From: Escherichia coli
GTDB lineage: Bacteria > Pseudomonadota > Gammaproteobacteria > Enterobacterales > Enterobacteriaceae
Assembly (NCBI RefSeq): GCF_046105845.1
Contig: NZ_CP151004.1
Length of the DNA: 64,000 nucleotides
Strand: one strand, 5' to 3'
Shown here: piece by piece, positions 42,968 through 54,790 of the stretch
Layout: each line of letters starts with the position of its first letter
Position numbering within the stretch: the first letter of the stretch is position 1
Position numbers and translations under genes: made by a program
Notes under the pieces: model-generated
Seen by the model: only the letters and a program-made list of their open reading frames with translations
Told to the model about the DNA's origin: nothing
Databases searched by the model: none

Positions 42968-43411
42968 ATGCGGCTTAGTGATTATTTTCCAGAGTCATCA
43001 ATCTCAGTTATACATTCAGCAAAAGATTGGCAGGAAGCTATTGATTTCTCGATGGCATCATTGCTGGATAAAAACTATATCAGCGAGAATTACATTCAGG
43101 CAATTAAAGATTCCACCATTAACAATGGCCCTTATTATATTCTCGCACCAGGTGTGGCAATGCCTCATGCGCGACCGGAATGTGGGGCGCTTAAAACCGG
43201 GATGTCTTTGACGTTACTTAAACAAGGCGTTTATTTTCCGGGGAATGACGAACCGATTAAATTACTCATCGGGCTTTCTGCTGCCGATGCCGATTCGCAC
43301 ATTGGCGCTATTCAGGCGTTAAGTGAATTACTAAGCGAAGAAGAAATACTCGAACAACTCTTAACAGCATCATCAGAAAAACAATTAGCGGACATTATCA
43401 GCCGCGGATAA
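42968..43411 (+). CDS. cmtB: Mannitol-type PTS enzyme IIA, cryptic
   Basis: 147-aa ORF with PTS EIIA-2 His motif (VAMPHARPE). Confidence 0.9.
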   Translation: MRLSDYFPESSISVIHSAKDWQEAIDFSMASLLDKNYISENYIQAIKDSTINNGPYYILAPGVAMPHARPECGALKTGMSLTLLKQGVYFPGNDEPIKLLIGLSAADADSHIGAIQALSELLSEEEILEQLLTASSEKQLADIISRG

Positions 43412-43438
43412 TTACTCTCTCCTCTACAGGATAATATT

Positions 43439-44827
43439 ATGGAAAACAAGTCTGCTCGTGCAAAGGTCCAAGCTTTTGGGGGTTTTTTGACGGCAATGGT
43501 CATCCCCAATATCGGTGCTTTTATTGCCTGGGGCTTTATAACTGCGTTATTTATTCCCACCGGTTGGCTGCCGAATGAACATTTCGCCAAAATTGTCGGC
43601 CCGATGATTACCTATTTATTGCCCGTGATGATTGGTTCTACTGGTGGTCATCTGATCGGCGGCAAACGCGGCGCGGTCATGGGCGGAATAGGTACTATTG
43701 GTGTGATCGTCGGCGCAGAGATCCCGATGTTCCTTGGCTCAATGATCATGGGACCGCTCGGTGGGCTGGTCATAAAATATGTCGATAAGGCACTGGAAAA
43801 ACGCATACCTGCCGGTTTTGAGATGGTTATCAATAACTTCTCATTAGGTATCGCGGGGATGCTCCTTTGTCTGCTGGGTTTTGAAGTGATCGGCCCTGCG
43901 GTGTTAATTGCCAATACTTTCGTCAAAGAGTGTATTGAGGCGCTGGTACATGCGGGTTATCTGCCTTTGCTGTCAGTCATCAATGAACCGGCGAAAGTGC
44001 TTTTCCTTAATAATGCGATCGATCAGGGCGTCTATTATCCGCTGGGAATGCAACAGGCATCAGTTAACGGCAAATCCATCTTCTTTATGGTGGCCTCTAA
44101 CCCAGGTCCGGGCCTGGGGCTGCTGCTGGCGTTTACCTTGTTTGGTAAAGGGATGAGTAAACGTTCTGCGCCAGGGGCGATGATTATTCACTTCCTCGGT
44201 GGGATCCACGAACTGTATTTCCCATATGTGCTGATGAAGCCGCTGACCATTATTGCCATGATTGCGGGCGGTATGTCTGGCACCTGGATGTTTAACTTAC
44301 TGGACGGTGGTCTGGTGGCTGGCCCAAGTCCGGGGTCTATCTTTGCTTACCTGGCACTGACGCCGAAAGGCTCGTTCCTGGCGACAATTGCCGGTGTTAC
44401 GGTAGGTACCCTGGTGTCCTTTGCTATCACTTCGCTGATACTGAAGATGGAAAAAACGGTGGAAACGGAGAGCGAAGATGAGTTTGCTCAGTCAGCCAAT
44501 GCGGTTAAGGCGATGAAACAAGAGGGTGCATTCTCGTTAAGCCGGGTTAAGCGTATCGCCTTTGTTTGCGATGCGGGGATGGGCTCCAGCGCGATGGGCG
44601 CAACCACCTTCCGTAAACGTCTGGAAAAAGCGGGGCTGGCAATTGAAGTAAAACATTACGCGATAGAAAACGTGCCTGCGGATGCGGATATCGTTGTTAC
44701 TCATGCCAGTCTGGAAGGGCGCGTGAAACGTGTGACGGATAAACCGCTGATACTGATTAATAACTATATTGGCGATCCAAAACTCGACACTTTATTTAAT
44801 CAATTAACCGCCGAACATAAAAACTGA
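43439..44827 (+). CDS. cmtA: Mannitol-type PTS enzyme IICB, cryptic
   Basis: 462-aa polytopic ORF with C-terminal EIIB Cys motif (FVCDAGMGSSAMG). Confidence 0.9.
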   Translation: MENKSARAKVQAFGGFLTAMVIPNIGAFIAWGFITALFIPTGWLPNEHFAKIVGPMITYLLPVMIGSTGGHLIGGKRGAVMGGIGTIGVIVGAEIPMFLGSMIMGPLGGLVIKYVDKALEKRIPAGFEMVINNFSLGIAGMLLCLLGFEVIGPAVLIANTFVKECIEALVHAGYLPLLSVINEPAKVLFLNNAIDQGVYYPLGMQQASVNGKSIFFMVASNPGPGLGLLLAFTLFGKGMSKRSAPGAMIIHFLGGIHELYFPYVLMKPLTIIAMIAGGMSGTWMFNLLDGGLVAGPSPGSIFAYLALTPKGSFLATIAGVTVGTLVSFAITSLILKMEKTVETESEDEFAQSANAVKAMKQEGAFSLSRVKRIAFVCDAGMGSSAMGATTFRKRLEKAGLAIEVKHYAIENVPADADIVVTHASLEGRVKRVTDKPLILINNYIGDPKLDTLFNQLTAEHKN

Positions 44828-44841
44828 TTGCCGAGGTAAAA

Positions 44842-46119
44842 ATGAAAACCAAAGTTGCTGCTATTTATGGCAAGCGGGATGTCCGTCTGCGCGAATTTGA
44901 ACTGCCAGAAATTACCGATAATGAACTGTTAGTGAGTGTGATTTCTGACAGCGTCTGTTTATCGACCTGGAAAGCGGCGTTACTCGGTAGTGAACATAAA
45001 CGCGTACCCGACGATTTAGAAAATCATCCGGTCATTACCGGGCATGAATGTGCCGGGGTTATTGTTGAAGTGGGTAAAAATCTCACCGACAAATATAAAA
45101 AAGGCCAGCGTTTTGTATTGCAACCGGCGATGGGGTTACCAAGCGGATATTCAGCGGGCTACAGCTACGAATATTTTGGCGGTAACGCCACCTATATGAT
45201 TATTCCCGAAATCGCCATTAATTTGGGCTGCGTATTACCGTATCACGGCTCTTATTTTGCTGCGGCGTCGCTGGCAGAGCCTATGTGCTGCATTATTGGC
45301 GCTTATCATGCCAATTATCACACCACGCAATATGTTTATGAGCATCGCATGGGCGTTAAACCTGGCGGCAGTATTGCGCTGCTGGCATGTGCTGGTCCGA
45401 TGGGCATTGGCGCTATCGATTATGCTATTAACGGCGGCATACAACCGTCGCGGGTGGTGGTGGTCGATATCGACGACAAACGCCTGGCGCAGGTACAAAA
45501 GCTGCTGCCGGTGGAACTGGCGGCCAGTAAAGGCATTGAGCTGGTGTATATGAATACCAAAGGGATGAGCGATCCGGTCCAGACGCTGCGGGCGCTGACG
45601 GATGATGCCGGATTTGATGACGTATTTGTCTATGCAGCGGTGCCTTCAGTCGTCGAGATGGCTGATGAATTACTGGCGGAAGATGGCTGCCTGAACTTCT
45701 TTGCCGGGCCGACGGATAAAAACTTCAAAGTGCCGTTTAATTTCTACAACGTCCATTACAACAGCACGCATGTCGTCGGTACGTCCGGCGGTTCAACGGA
45801 CGACATGAAAGAGGCGATTGCGCTTAGCGCCACAGGGCAGTTGCAGCCGTCGTTTATGGTGACCCATATCGGTGGGCTGGATGCGGTGCCTGATACCGTG
45901 CTCAATCTGCCGGATATCCCCGGCGGTAAAAAACTCATTTATAACGGTGTGACCATGCCGCTCACTGCCATTGCCGATTTTGCCGAAAAAGGCAAAACCG
46001 ATCCGCTGTTTAAAGAGCTGGCGCGGCTGGTTGAGGAAACGCACGGCATCTGGAATGAGCAGGCCGAGAAATATCTGCTGGCGCAATTTGGCGTTGATAT
46101 CGGGGAGGCCGCGCAATGA
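44842..46119 (+). CDS. yggP: Zinc-binding dehydrogenase-like protein YggP
   Basis: 425-aa MDR-superfamily ORF (GHECAG, GAGPMG). Confidence 0.88.
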   Translation: MKTKVAAIYGKRDVRLREFELPEITDNELLVSVISDSVCLSTWKAALLGSEHKRVPDDLENHPVITGHECAGVIVEVGKNLTDKYKKGQRFVLQPAMGLPSGYSAGYSYEYFGGNATYMIIPEIAINLGCVLPYHGSYFAAASLAEPMCCIIGAYHANYHTTQYVYEHRMGVKPGGSIALLACAGPMGIGAIDYAINGGIQPSRVVVVDIDDKRLAQVQKLLPVELAASKGIELVYMNTKGMSDPVQTLRALTDDAGFDDVFVYAAVPSVVEMADELLAEDGCLNFFAGPTDKNFKVPFNFYNVHYNSTHVVGTSGGSTDDMKEAIALSATGQLQPSFMVTHIGGLDAVPDTVLNLPDIPGGKKLIYNGVTMPLTAIADFAEKGKTDPLFKELARLVEETHGIWNEQAEKYLLAQFGVDIGEAAQ

Positions 46120-47081
46120 TGTCCCTGGCGTGGCCATTATTTCGCGTTACGGAACAGGCAGCGTTGGCTGCCTGGCCGCAAACCGGATGTGGCGACAAAA
46201 ATAAAATTGATGGCCTGGCGGTCACCGCGATGCGCCAGGCATTAAACGACGTCGCTTTTCGTGGGCGAGTGGTTATCGGCGAGGGAGAGATTGACCATGC
46301 GCCGATGCTGTGGATTGGCGAAGAGGTGGGCAAAGGCGATGGGCCAGAAGTCGATATCGCGGTTGATCCCATTGAAGGTACGCGGATGGTGGCGATGGGG
46401 CAGAGCAATGCGCTGGCGGTCATGGCTTTCGCCCCTCGAGATAGCCTGTTACACGCGCCCGATATGTATATGAAAAAACTGGTTGTTAATCGGCTGGCGG
46501 CGGGCGCGATTGATCTGTCCATGCCTCTGGCGGACAACTTGCGCAACGTGGCGAAAGCGTTAGGCAAACCGCTGGACAAGCTGCGTATGGTTACGCTGGA
46601 TAAACCGCGCCTGAGTGCCGCAATTGAGGAAGCAACACAGCTGGGCGTGAAGGTTTTTGCCCTGCCGGATGGCGATGTCGCCGCCAGCGTGCTGACCTGC
46701 TGGCAGGATAATCCTTACGATGTGATGTACACCATCGGCGGTGCGCCAGAAGGCGTGATTTCTGCCTGTGCCGTTAAAGCATTAGGCGGGGATATGCAGG
46801 CCGAGCTGATTGACTTTTGTCAGGCTAAAGGGGATTACACGGAAAATCGGCAGATTGCAGAGCAGGAGCGCAAGCGTTGCAAGGCAATGGGCGTTGACGT
46901 TAACCGTGTGTACTCGCTCGATGAACTGGTGAGGGGGAACGATATCCTCTTTAGTGCTACGGGCGTGACGGGCGGCGAGTTGGTGAACGGTATCCAACAG
47001 ACGGCGAATGGGGTGCGGACGCAGACATTACTGATCGGCGGCGCGGACCAAACGTGTAATATAATAGACTCCCTGCATTGA
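46116..47081 (+). CDS. yggF: Class II fructose-1,6-bisphosphatase (GlpX paralogue) YggF
   Basis: 321-aa ORF; ATGA overlap with yggP. Confidence 0.9.
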   Translation: MMSLAWPLFRVTEQAALAAWPQTGCGDKNKIDGLAVTAMRQALNDVAFRGRVVIGEGEIDHAPMLWIGEEVGKGDGPEVDIAVDPIEGTRMVAMGQSNALAVMAFAPRDSLLHAPDMYMKKLVVNRLAAGAIDLSMPLADNLRNVAKALGKPLDKLRMVTLDKPRLSAAIEEATQLGVKVFALPDGDVAASVLTCWQDNPYDVMYTIGGAPEGVISACAVKALGGDMQAELIDFCQAKGDYTENRQIAEQERKRCKAMGVDVNRVYSLDELVRGNDILFSATGVTGGELVNGIQQTANGVRTQTLLIGGADQTCNIIDSLH

Positions 47082-47102
47082 TGGTGATCTATCGGAAGAC
47101 CA

Positions 47103-47612
47103 ATGGCGACGCTGACAGAAGATGATGTGCTTGAGCAACTGGATGCACAGGACAATTTATTTTCATTTATGAAAACTGCGCATTCTATTTTGCTCCAGGG
47201 GATACGCCAGTTTCTGCCGTCGCTGTTTGTCGATAATGATGAAGAGATCGTCGAATATGCAGTGAAGCCGTTACTCGCCCAAAGCGGCCCGCTTGACGAT
47301 ATTGATGTTGCACTGCGTTTGATTTATGCGCTGGGAAAAATGGATAAATGGCTGTACGCCGATATCACCCATTTTTCCCAGTTCTGGCATTACCTGAACG
47401 AACAGGATGAAACGCCCGGATTTGCCGATGACATGACCTGGGATTTTATCAGCAACGTCAATAGCATAACCCGCAATGCGACTCTCTATGACGCGTTGAA
47501 AGCGATGAAGTTCGCCGATTTCGCCGTCTGGTCAGAGGCGCGTTTTAGCGGGATGGTCAAAACGGCGCTGACGCTGGCAGTAACGACAACCTTAAAGGAA
47601 TTAACGCCGTGA
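47103..47612 (+). CDS. yggD: MtlR-like regulator YggD
   Basis: 169-aa ORF. Confidence 0.85.
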   Translation: MATLTEDDVLEQLDAQDNLFSFMKTAHSILLQGIRQFLPSLFVDNDEEIVEYAVKPLLAQSGPLDDIDVALRLIYALGKMDKWLYADITHFSQFWHYLNEQDETPGFADDMTWDFISNVNSITRNATLYDALKAMKFADFAVWSEARFSGMVKTALTLAVTTTLKELTP

Positions 47613-48322
47613 AAATCGAACTGACGGTGAATGGACTAAAGGTACAGGCGCAGTACTCTGATGATGAAATTGAGAATGTTCATAAACCGCTACTGCGTAT
47701 GCTGGCGGCCTTACAGACGGTAAATCCGCAGCGGCGTACGGTGGTTTTTCTTTGCGCTCCGCCGGGGACGGGTAAATCTACCCTAACCACCTTCTGGGAA
47801 TATCTCGCGCAACAAGACCCGGAACTACCCGCTATTCAGACACTCCCGATGGATGGTTTTCACCATTACAATAGCTGGCTGGATGCGCATCAATTGCGCC
47901 CCTTCAAAGGCGCACCAGAGACATTTGACGTTGCGAAACTGGCGGAAAATCTGCGCCAGGTCGTGGAAGGGGATTGTACGTGGCCGCAGTACGATCGACA
48001 AAAGCATGATCCTGTTGAAGATGCGTTGCACGTTACCGCACCACTCGTCATCGTCGAAGGAAACTGGCTATTACTGGATGATGAAAAGTGGCAGGAGTTG
48101 GCATCTTTCTGCGATTTTTCTATTTTTATTCATGCACCTGCTCAAATTCTGCGGGAGCGCTTGATTAGTCGTAAAATTGCGGGAGGATTATCGCGGCAAG
48201 AAGCCGAAGCTTTTTATGCCCGAACCGATGGTCCCAATGTCGAGCGTGTGCTGGTGAATAGTCGTCAGGCCAATCTGATATTAGAGATGACCGAAGAAGG
48301 CAGATATCACTTCAAAAGCTGA
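47609..48322 (+). CDS. yggC: P-loop kinase-like protein YggC
   Basis: 237-aa ORF with Walker A (PPGTGKST); ATGA overlap with yggD. Confidence 0.85.
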   Translation: MKIELTVNGLKVQAQYSDDEIENVHKPLLRMLAALQTVNPQRRTVVFLCAPPGTGKSTLTTFWEYLAQQDPELPAIQTLPMDGFHHYNSWLDAHQLRPFKGAPETFDVAKLAENLRQVVEGDCTWPQYDRQKHDPVEDALHVTAPLVIVEGNWLLLDDEKWQELASFCDFSIFIHAPAQILRERLISRKIAGGLSRQEAEAFYARTDGPNVERVLVNSRQANLILEMTEEGRYHFKS

Positions 48323-48467
48323 CAATTTATTCCAGTTATTGCAGGGGGATTATTACGCCAGCCTGGAATAAAGCTCCCTACAAAAGGGGATAAAAGTGTG
48401 ATGTAAGTCAGATAAATGTCTTCTTCGGCTGGACAATCATTCCTTTTATTCCACGTTTCGCTTATCC

Positions 48468-48484
48468 TAGCTGAAGCGTTTCAG
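48468..48484 (+). promoter_or_regulatory. Cra (FruR) operator upstream of epd
   Basis: GCTGAAGCGTTTCAGTC matches the Cra palindrome GCTGAAWCGWTTCA, about 125 bp upstream of the epd ATG. Confidence 0.5.
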
Positions 48485-48606
48485 TCGATTAAATGTTCGA
48501 CAATTAACCAATCAGTCGCAGTTTGCGACAGGTAAGGTTTCCCCGAACGATTTGCTGGATTACTCTGTCAGGCAAATTTGCTCAGGGAAAACCTTGCAGG
48601 AGATCT

Positions 48607-49626
48607 ATGACCGTACGCGTAGCGATAAATGGCTTCGGTCGCATCGGGCGTAATGTGGTTCGTGCTTTGTATGAATCCGGACGTCGGGCGGAAATTACCG
48701 TGGTGGCAATCAACGAACTGGCGGATGCTGCGGGCATGGCGCATTTGTTGAAATATGACACCAGCCATGGCCGTTTTGCATGGGAAGTACGACAGGAACG
48801 CGATCAACTTTTTGTTGGTGATGACGCCATCCGCGTATTGCATGAACGTTCACTGCAATCGCTCCCCTGGCGTGAACTTGGCGTTGATGTAGTCCTCGAC
48901 TGCACCGGCGTATATGGCTCCCGCGAACATGGCGAAGCGCATATTGCCGCCGGGGCTAAAAAAGTGCTCTTTTCACATCCTGGCAGTAACGATCTCGATG
49001 CGACCGTTGTTTACGGCGTCAATCAGGATCAACTTCGTGCGGAACACCGCATCGTTTCTAACGCTTCCTGTACCACGAATTGCATAATTCCCGTCATCAA
49101 ATTGTTAGATGATGCGTACGGTATTGAGTCCGGCACTGTGACCACAATTCACTCCGCCATGCACGATCAACAGGTTATTGATGCATACCATCCTGACCTG
49201 CGTCGCACCCGGGCAGCCAGCCAGTCGATCATTCCGGTCGATACTAAACTGGCCGCCGGTATCACACGATTTTTTCCGCAATTTAACGATCGCTTTGAAG
49301 CGATTGCGGTACGTGTGCCAACCATAAATGTGACGGCAATCGATTTAAGCGTGACGGTGAAGAAACCTGTAAAAGCCAATGAAGTCAACCTGTTGCTGCA
49401 AAAAGCAGCACAAGGTGCATTTCATGGTATAGTTGACTATACGGAATTGCCGTTGGTCTCTGTAGATTTTAACCACGATCCGCACAGTGCCATTGTCGAT
49501 GGCACCCAAACCCGGGTCAGTGGCGCACACCTGATCAAAACGTTGGTCTGGTGCGATAACGAATGGGGCTTTGCTAACCGAATGCTCGACACGACGTTAG
49601 CTATGGCTACTGTTGCTTTCAGGTAA
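48607..49626 (+). CDS. epd: Erythrose-4-phosphate dehydrogenase
   Basis: 339-aa product from [15 protein letters not shown]; active-site SNASCTTN. Confidence 0.95.
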
Positions 49627-49675
49627 GACGCAAGCAGCGTCTGCAAAACTTTTAGAATCAACGAGAGGATTCACC

Positions 49676-50839
49676 ATGTCTGTAATTAAGATGACCGATC
49701 TGGATCTTGCTGGGAAACGTGTATTTATCCGTGCGGATCTGAACGTACCAGTAAAAGACGGGAAAGTAACCAGCGACGCGCGTATCCGTGCTTCTCTGCC
49801 GACCATCGAACTGGCCCTGAAACAAGGCGCAAAAGTGATGGTAACTTCCCACCTGGGTCGTCCTACCGAAGGCGAGTACAACGAAGAATTCTCTCTGCTG
49901 CCGGTTGTTAACTACCTGAAAGACAAACTGTCTAACCCGGTTCGTTTGGTTAAAGATTACCTCGACGGCGTTGACGTTGCTGAAGGTGAACTGGTTGTTC
50001 TGGAAAACGTTCGCTTCAACAAAGGCGAGAAGAAAGACGACGAAACTCTGTCCAAAAAATACGCTGCACTGTGTGACGTGTTCGTAATGGACGCATTCGG
50101 TACTGCTCACCGCGCGCAGGCTTCTACTCACGGTATCGGTAAATTTGCTGATGTTGCGTGCGCAGGCCCGCTGCTGGCAGCTGAACTGGACGCGCTGGGT
50201 AAAGCACTGAAAGAACCTGCTCGCCCGATGGTGGCTATCGTTGGTGGTTCTAAAGTATCTACCAAACTGACCGTTCTGGACTCCCTGTCTAAAATCGCTG
50301 ACCAGCTGATTGTTGGTGGTGGTATCGCTAACACCTTTATCGCGGCACAAGGCCACGATGTGGGTAAATCTCTGTACGAAGCTGACCTGGTTGACGAAGC
50401 TAAACGTCTGCTGACCACCTGCAACATCCCGGTTCCGTCTGATGTTCGCGTAGCAACCGAGTTCTCTGAAACTGCACCGGCTACCCTGAAATCTGTTAAC
50501 GATGTGAAAGCTGACGAGCAGATCCTGGATATCGGTGATGCTTCCGCTCAGGAACTGGCTGAAATCCTGAAGAATGCGAAAACCATTCTGTGGAACGGTC
50601 CGGTTGGCGTGTTCGAATTCCCGAACTTCCGCAAAGGTACTGAAATCGTGGCTAACGCTATCGCAGACAGCGAAGCGTTCTCCATCGCTGGCGGCGGCGA
50701 CACTCTGGCAGCAATCGACCTGTTCGGCATTGCTGACAAAATCTCCTACATCTCCACTGGCGGCGGCGCATTCCTCGAATTCGTGGAAGGTAAAGTACTG
50801 CCTGCAGTAGCGATGCTCGAAGAGCGCGCTAAGAAGTAA
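49676..50839 (+). CDS. pgk: Phosphoglycerate kinase
   Basis: 387-aa product from [17 protein letters not shown]. Confidence 0.96.
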
Positions 50840-50937
50840 AAAATCACAGGGCAGGGAAACCTGCCCTTGTTGCAGCGCGCTTTTAAAGCACGCACTTTTT
50901 CATACTCTAAATAATTCGAGTTGCAGGAAGGCGACAA

Positions 50938-51042
50938 GAGAGTGAATCCCATGAGCTTACATAAGTAAGTGACTGGGGTGAGCGAACGCAGACGCAGCAC
51001 ATGCAACTTGAAGTATGACGAGTATAAGGCCCGACGATACAG
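50938..51042. repeat. ERIC (IRU) element
   Basis: Contains AAGTAAGTGACTGGGGTGAGCG (exact ERIC2 primer sequence) and GTGAATCCCATGAGCTTACAT (near reverse complement of ERIC1R); flanked by direct ACAAGAGA repeats; ends about 10 bp before the fbaA ATG. Confidence 0.8.
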
Positions 51043-51052
51043 GACAAGAGAC

Positions 51053-52132
51053 ATGTCTAAGATTTTTGATTTCGTAAAACCTGGCGTAATCACTGGTGAT
51101 GACGTACAGAAAGTTTTCCAGGTAGCAAAAGAAAACAACTTCGCACTGCCAGCAGTAAACTGCGTCGGTACTGACTCCATCAACGCCGTGCTGGAAACCG
51201 CTGCTAAAGTTAAAGCGCCGGTTATCGTTCAGTTCTCCAACGGTGGTGCTTCCTTTATCGCTGGTAAAGGCGTGAAATCTGACGTTCCGCAGGGTGCTGC
51301 TATCCTGGGCGCGATCTCTGGTGCGCATCACGTTCACCAGATGGCTGAACATTATGGTGTTCCGGTTATCCTGCACACCGACCACTGCGCGAAGAAACTG
51401 CTGCCGTGGATCGACGGTCTGCTGGACGCGGGTGAAAAACACTTCGCTGCTACCGGTAAGCCGCTGTTCTCTTCTCACATGATCGACCTGTCTGAAGAAT
51501 CTCTGCAAGAGAACATCGAAATCTGCTCTAAATACCTGGAGCGCATGTCCAAAATCGGCATGACTCTGGAAATCGAACTGGGTTGCACCGGTGGTGAAGA
51601 AGACGGCGTAGACAACAGCCACATGGACGCTTCTGCACTGTACACCCAGCCGGAAGACGTTGATTACGCATACACCGAGCTGAGCAAAATCAGCCCGCGT
51701 TTCACCATCGCAGCGTCCTTCGGTAACGTACACGGTGTTTACAAGCCGGGTAACGTGGTTCTGACTCCGACCATCCTGCGTGATTCTCAGGAATATGTTT
51801 CTAAGAAACACAACCTGCCGCACAACAGCCTGAACTTCGTATTCCACGGTGGTTCCGGTTCTACTGCTCAGGAAATCAAAGACTCCGTAAGCTACGGCGT
51901 AGTGAAAATGAACATCGATACCGATACCCAATGGGCAACCTGGGAAGGCGTTCTGAACTACTACAAAGCGAACGAAGCTTATCTGCAGGGTCAGCTGGGT
52001 AACCCGAAAGGCGAAGATCAGCCGAACAAGAAATACTACGATCCGCGCGTATGGCTGCGTGCCGGTCAGACTTCGATGATCGCTCGTCTGGAAAAAGCAT
52101 TCCAGGAACTGAACGCGATCGACGTTCTGTAA
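51053..52132 (+). CDS. fbaA: Class II fructose-bisphosphate aldolase
   Basis: 359-aa product from MSKIFDFVKPGVITGDD. Confidence 0.96.
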   Translation: MSKIFDFVKPGVITGDDVQKVFQVAKENNFALPAVNCVGTDSINAVLETAAKVKAPVIVQFSNGGASFIAGKGVKSDVPQGAAILGAISGAHHVHQMAEHYGVPVILHTDHCAKKLLPWIDGLLDAGEKHFAATGKPLFSSHMIDLSEESLQENIEICSKYLERMSKIGMTLEIELGCTGGEEDGVDNSHMDASALYTQPEDVDYAYTELSKISPRFTIAASFGNVHGVYKPGNVVLTPTILRDSQEYVSKKHNLPHNSLNFVFHGGSGSTAQEIKDSVSYGVVKMNIDTDTQWATWEGVLNYYKANEAYLQGQLGNPKGEDQPNKKYYDPRVWLRAGQTSMIARLEKAFQELNAIDVL

Positions 52133-52156
52133 GTCATTCCTTTCTGCTTATCTCAA

Positions 52157-52181
52157 GGCCCGCTCTGCGGGTCTTTTTTTC
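52157..52181 (+). terminator. Rho-independent terminator of fbaA
   Basis: GGCCCGC-TCT-GCGGGTC followed by TTTTTTT. Confidence 0.7.
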
Positions 52182-52322
52182 GCCAAAAGCAAGGTGATAC
52201 AGATGAGAAATCTGTGATCTATTTGGCAAAATTATGCTTTATTGTTTACCCTTGTCAGACTGCCCGTCATAAGGCGGCGGAGTGTATTTCTCCATTTTGA
52301 GTCAGTTGAAAAGGAATATTGA

Positions 52323-53183
<861 letters not shown>

Positions 53184-53192
53184 TCAACGCTG

Positions 53193-53230
53193 AGGCCAGA
53201 TAATACTCTCTGGCCTCTCTCTTATTAGTT
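53193..53230 (+). terminator. Candidate terminator after mscS
   Basis: Stem GAGGCCAG/CTGGCCTC followed by T-rich tract. Confidence 0.45.
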
Positions 53231-53321
53231 TTTCTGATTGCCAATTAATATTATCAATTTCCGCTAATAACAATCCCGCGATATAGTCTCTGCATCAGAT
53301 ACTTAATTCGGAATATCCAAC

Positions 53322-53957
53322 GTGTTTTCTTATTACTTTCAAGGCCTTGCTCTTGGGGCAGCTATGATTCTGCCGCTCGGCCCACAAAATGCTTTTGTGA
53401 TGAATCAGGGCATTCGTCGTCAGTACCACATTATGATTGCCTTACTTTGCGCTATCAGCGATTTGGTCCTGATTTGCGCCGGGATTTTTGGTGGCAGCGC
53501 GTTATTGATGCAGTCGCCGTGGTTGCTGGCGCTGGTCACCTGGGGCGGCGTAGCCTTCTTGCTGTGGTATGGTTTTGGCGCTTTTAAAACAGCGATGAGC
53601 AGTAATATTGAGTTAGCCAGTGCCGAAGTCCTGAAGCAAGGCAGATGGAAAATTATCGCCACCATGTTGGCAGTGACCTGGCTGAATCCGCATGTTTACC
53701 TGGATACTTTTGTTGTACTGGGCAGCCTTGGCGGGCAACTTGATGTGGAACCAAAACGTTGGTTTGCGCTCGGGACTATTAGCGCCTCTTTCCTGTGGTT
53801 CTTTGGTCTGGCTATTCTCGCAGCCTGGCTGGCACCGCGCCTGCGCACGGCAAAATCACAACGCATTATCAATCTGGTTGTGGGATGTGTTATGTGGTTT
53901 ATTGCCTTGCAGCTGGCGAGAGACGGTATTGCTCATGCACAAGCCTTGTTCAGTTAG
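53322..53957 (+). CDS. argO: Arginine exporter ArgO (LysE family)
   Basis: 211-aa ORF. Confidence 0.93.
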
Positions 53958-54049
53958 GCGCTATCTGATGGAAAAATAAAACAGAGGCGCTAAGCTTGCC
54001 TCCAGAGGTCCTGAATTTTAGGCAAGTCAATTAACACGGAGAGACTAAC

Positions 54050-54790
54050 GTGAAGTTCAAAGTTATCGCCCTGGCGGCATTAATGGGTATTAGCGGGATG
54101 GCAGCGCAGGCTAACGAATTGCCGGATGGACCGCATATTGTCACCTCCGGTACGGCAAGCGTGGATGCGGTGCCAGACATTGCCACTCTTGCGATTGAAG
54201 TTAACGTGGCCGCGAAGGATGCCGCTACTGCCAAGAAACAGGCGGATGAGCGCGTCGCACAATACATTTCCTTCCTTGAACTCAATCAGATCGCGAAAAA
54301 AGATATCAGCTCAGCGAACTTACGCACCCAGCCAGATTATGATTATCAGGATGGTAAAAGTATCCTGAAAGGCTACCGCGCTGTGAGAACGGTGGAAGTC
54401 ACGCTCCGTCAGTTAGACAAACTGAATTCCTTGCTGGATGGCGCGCTGAAGGCGGGTCTTAACGAAATTCGTTCTGTGTCGCTGGGCGTGGCGCAGCCGG
54501 ATGCCTATAAAGACAAAGCGCGTAAGGCAGCGATTGATAACGCGATTCATCAGGCGCAGGAACTGGCGAACGGCTTTCATCGTAAACTAGGGCCGGTATA
54601 TAGCGTGCGCTACCATGTTTCCAACTATCAGCCCAGCCCAATGGTGCGGATGATGAAAGCCGATGCCGCGCCGGTGTCCGCCCAGGAAACTTACGAGCAG
54701 GCCGCTATTCAGTTTGATGATCAGGTCGATGTGGTCTTCCAGTTAGAACCTGTGGATCAACAACCCGCTAAAACACCTGCCGCACAATAA
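54050..54790 (+). CDS. yggE: SIMPL-domain periplasmic protein YggE
   Basis: 246-aa ORF, GTG start with GGAGAG RBS, signal peptide. Confidence 0.9.
   Translation: MKFKVIALAALMGISGMAAQANELPDGPHIVTSGTASVDAVPDIATLAIEVNVAAKDAATAKKQADERVAQYISFLELNQIAKKDISSANLRTQPDYDYQDGKSILKGYRAVRTVEVTLRQLDKLNSLLDGALKAGLNEIRSVSLGVAQPDAYKDKARKAAIDNAIHQAQELANGFHRKLGPVYSVRYHVSNYQPSPMVRMMKADAAPVSAQETYEQAAIQFDDQVDVVFQLEPVDQQPAKTPAAQ

Noticed and set aside
50957-51931. 324-aa ORF antisense to fbaA
   Set aside because: Shadow ORF inside a highly conserved glycolytic gene. The same reasoning applies to the antisense ORFs inside ansB (16934..17851), tktA (39661..41073), pgk (49658..50356), mltC (12523..13221), rpiA (62961..63527) and gspE (268..1032).
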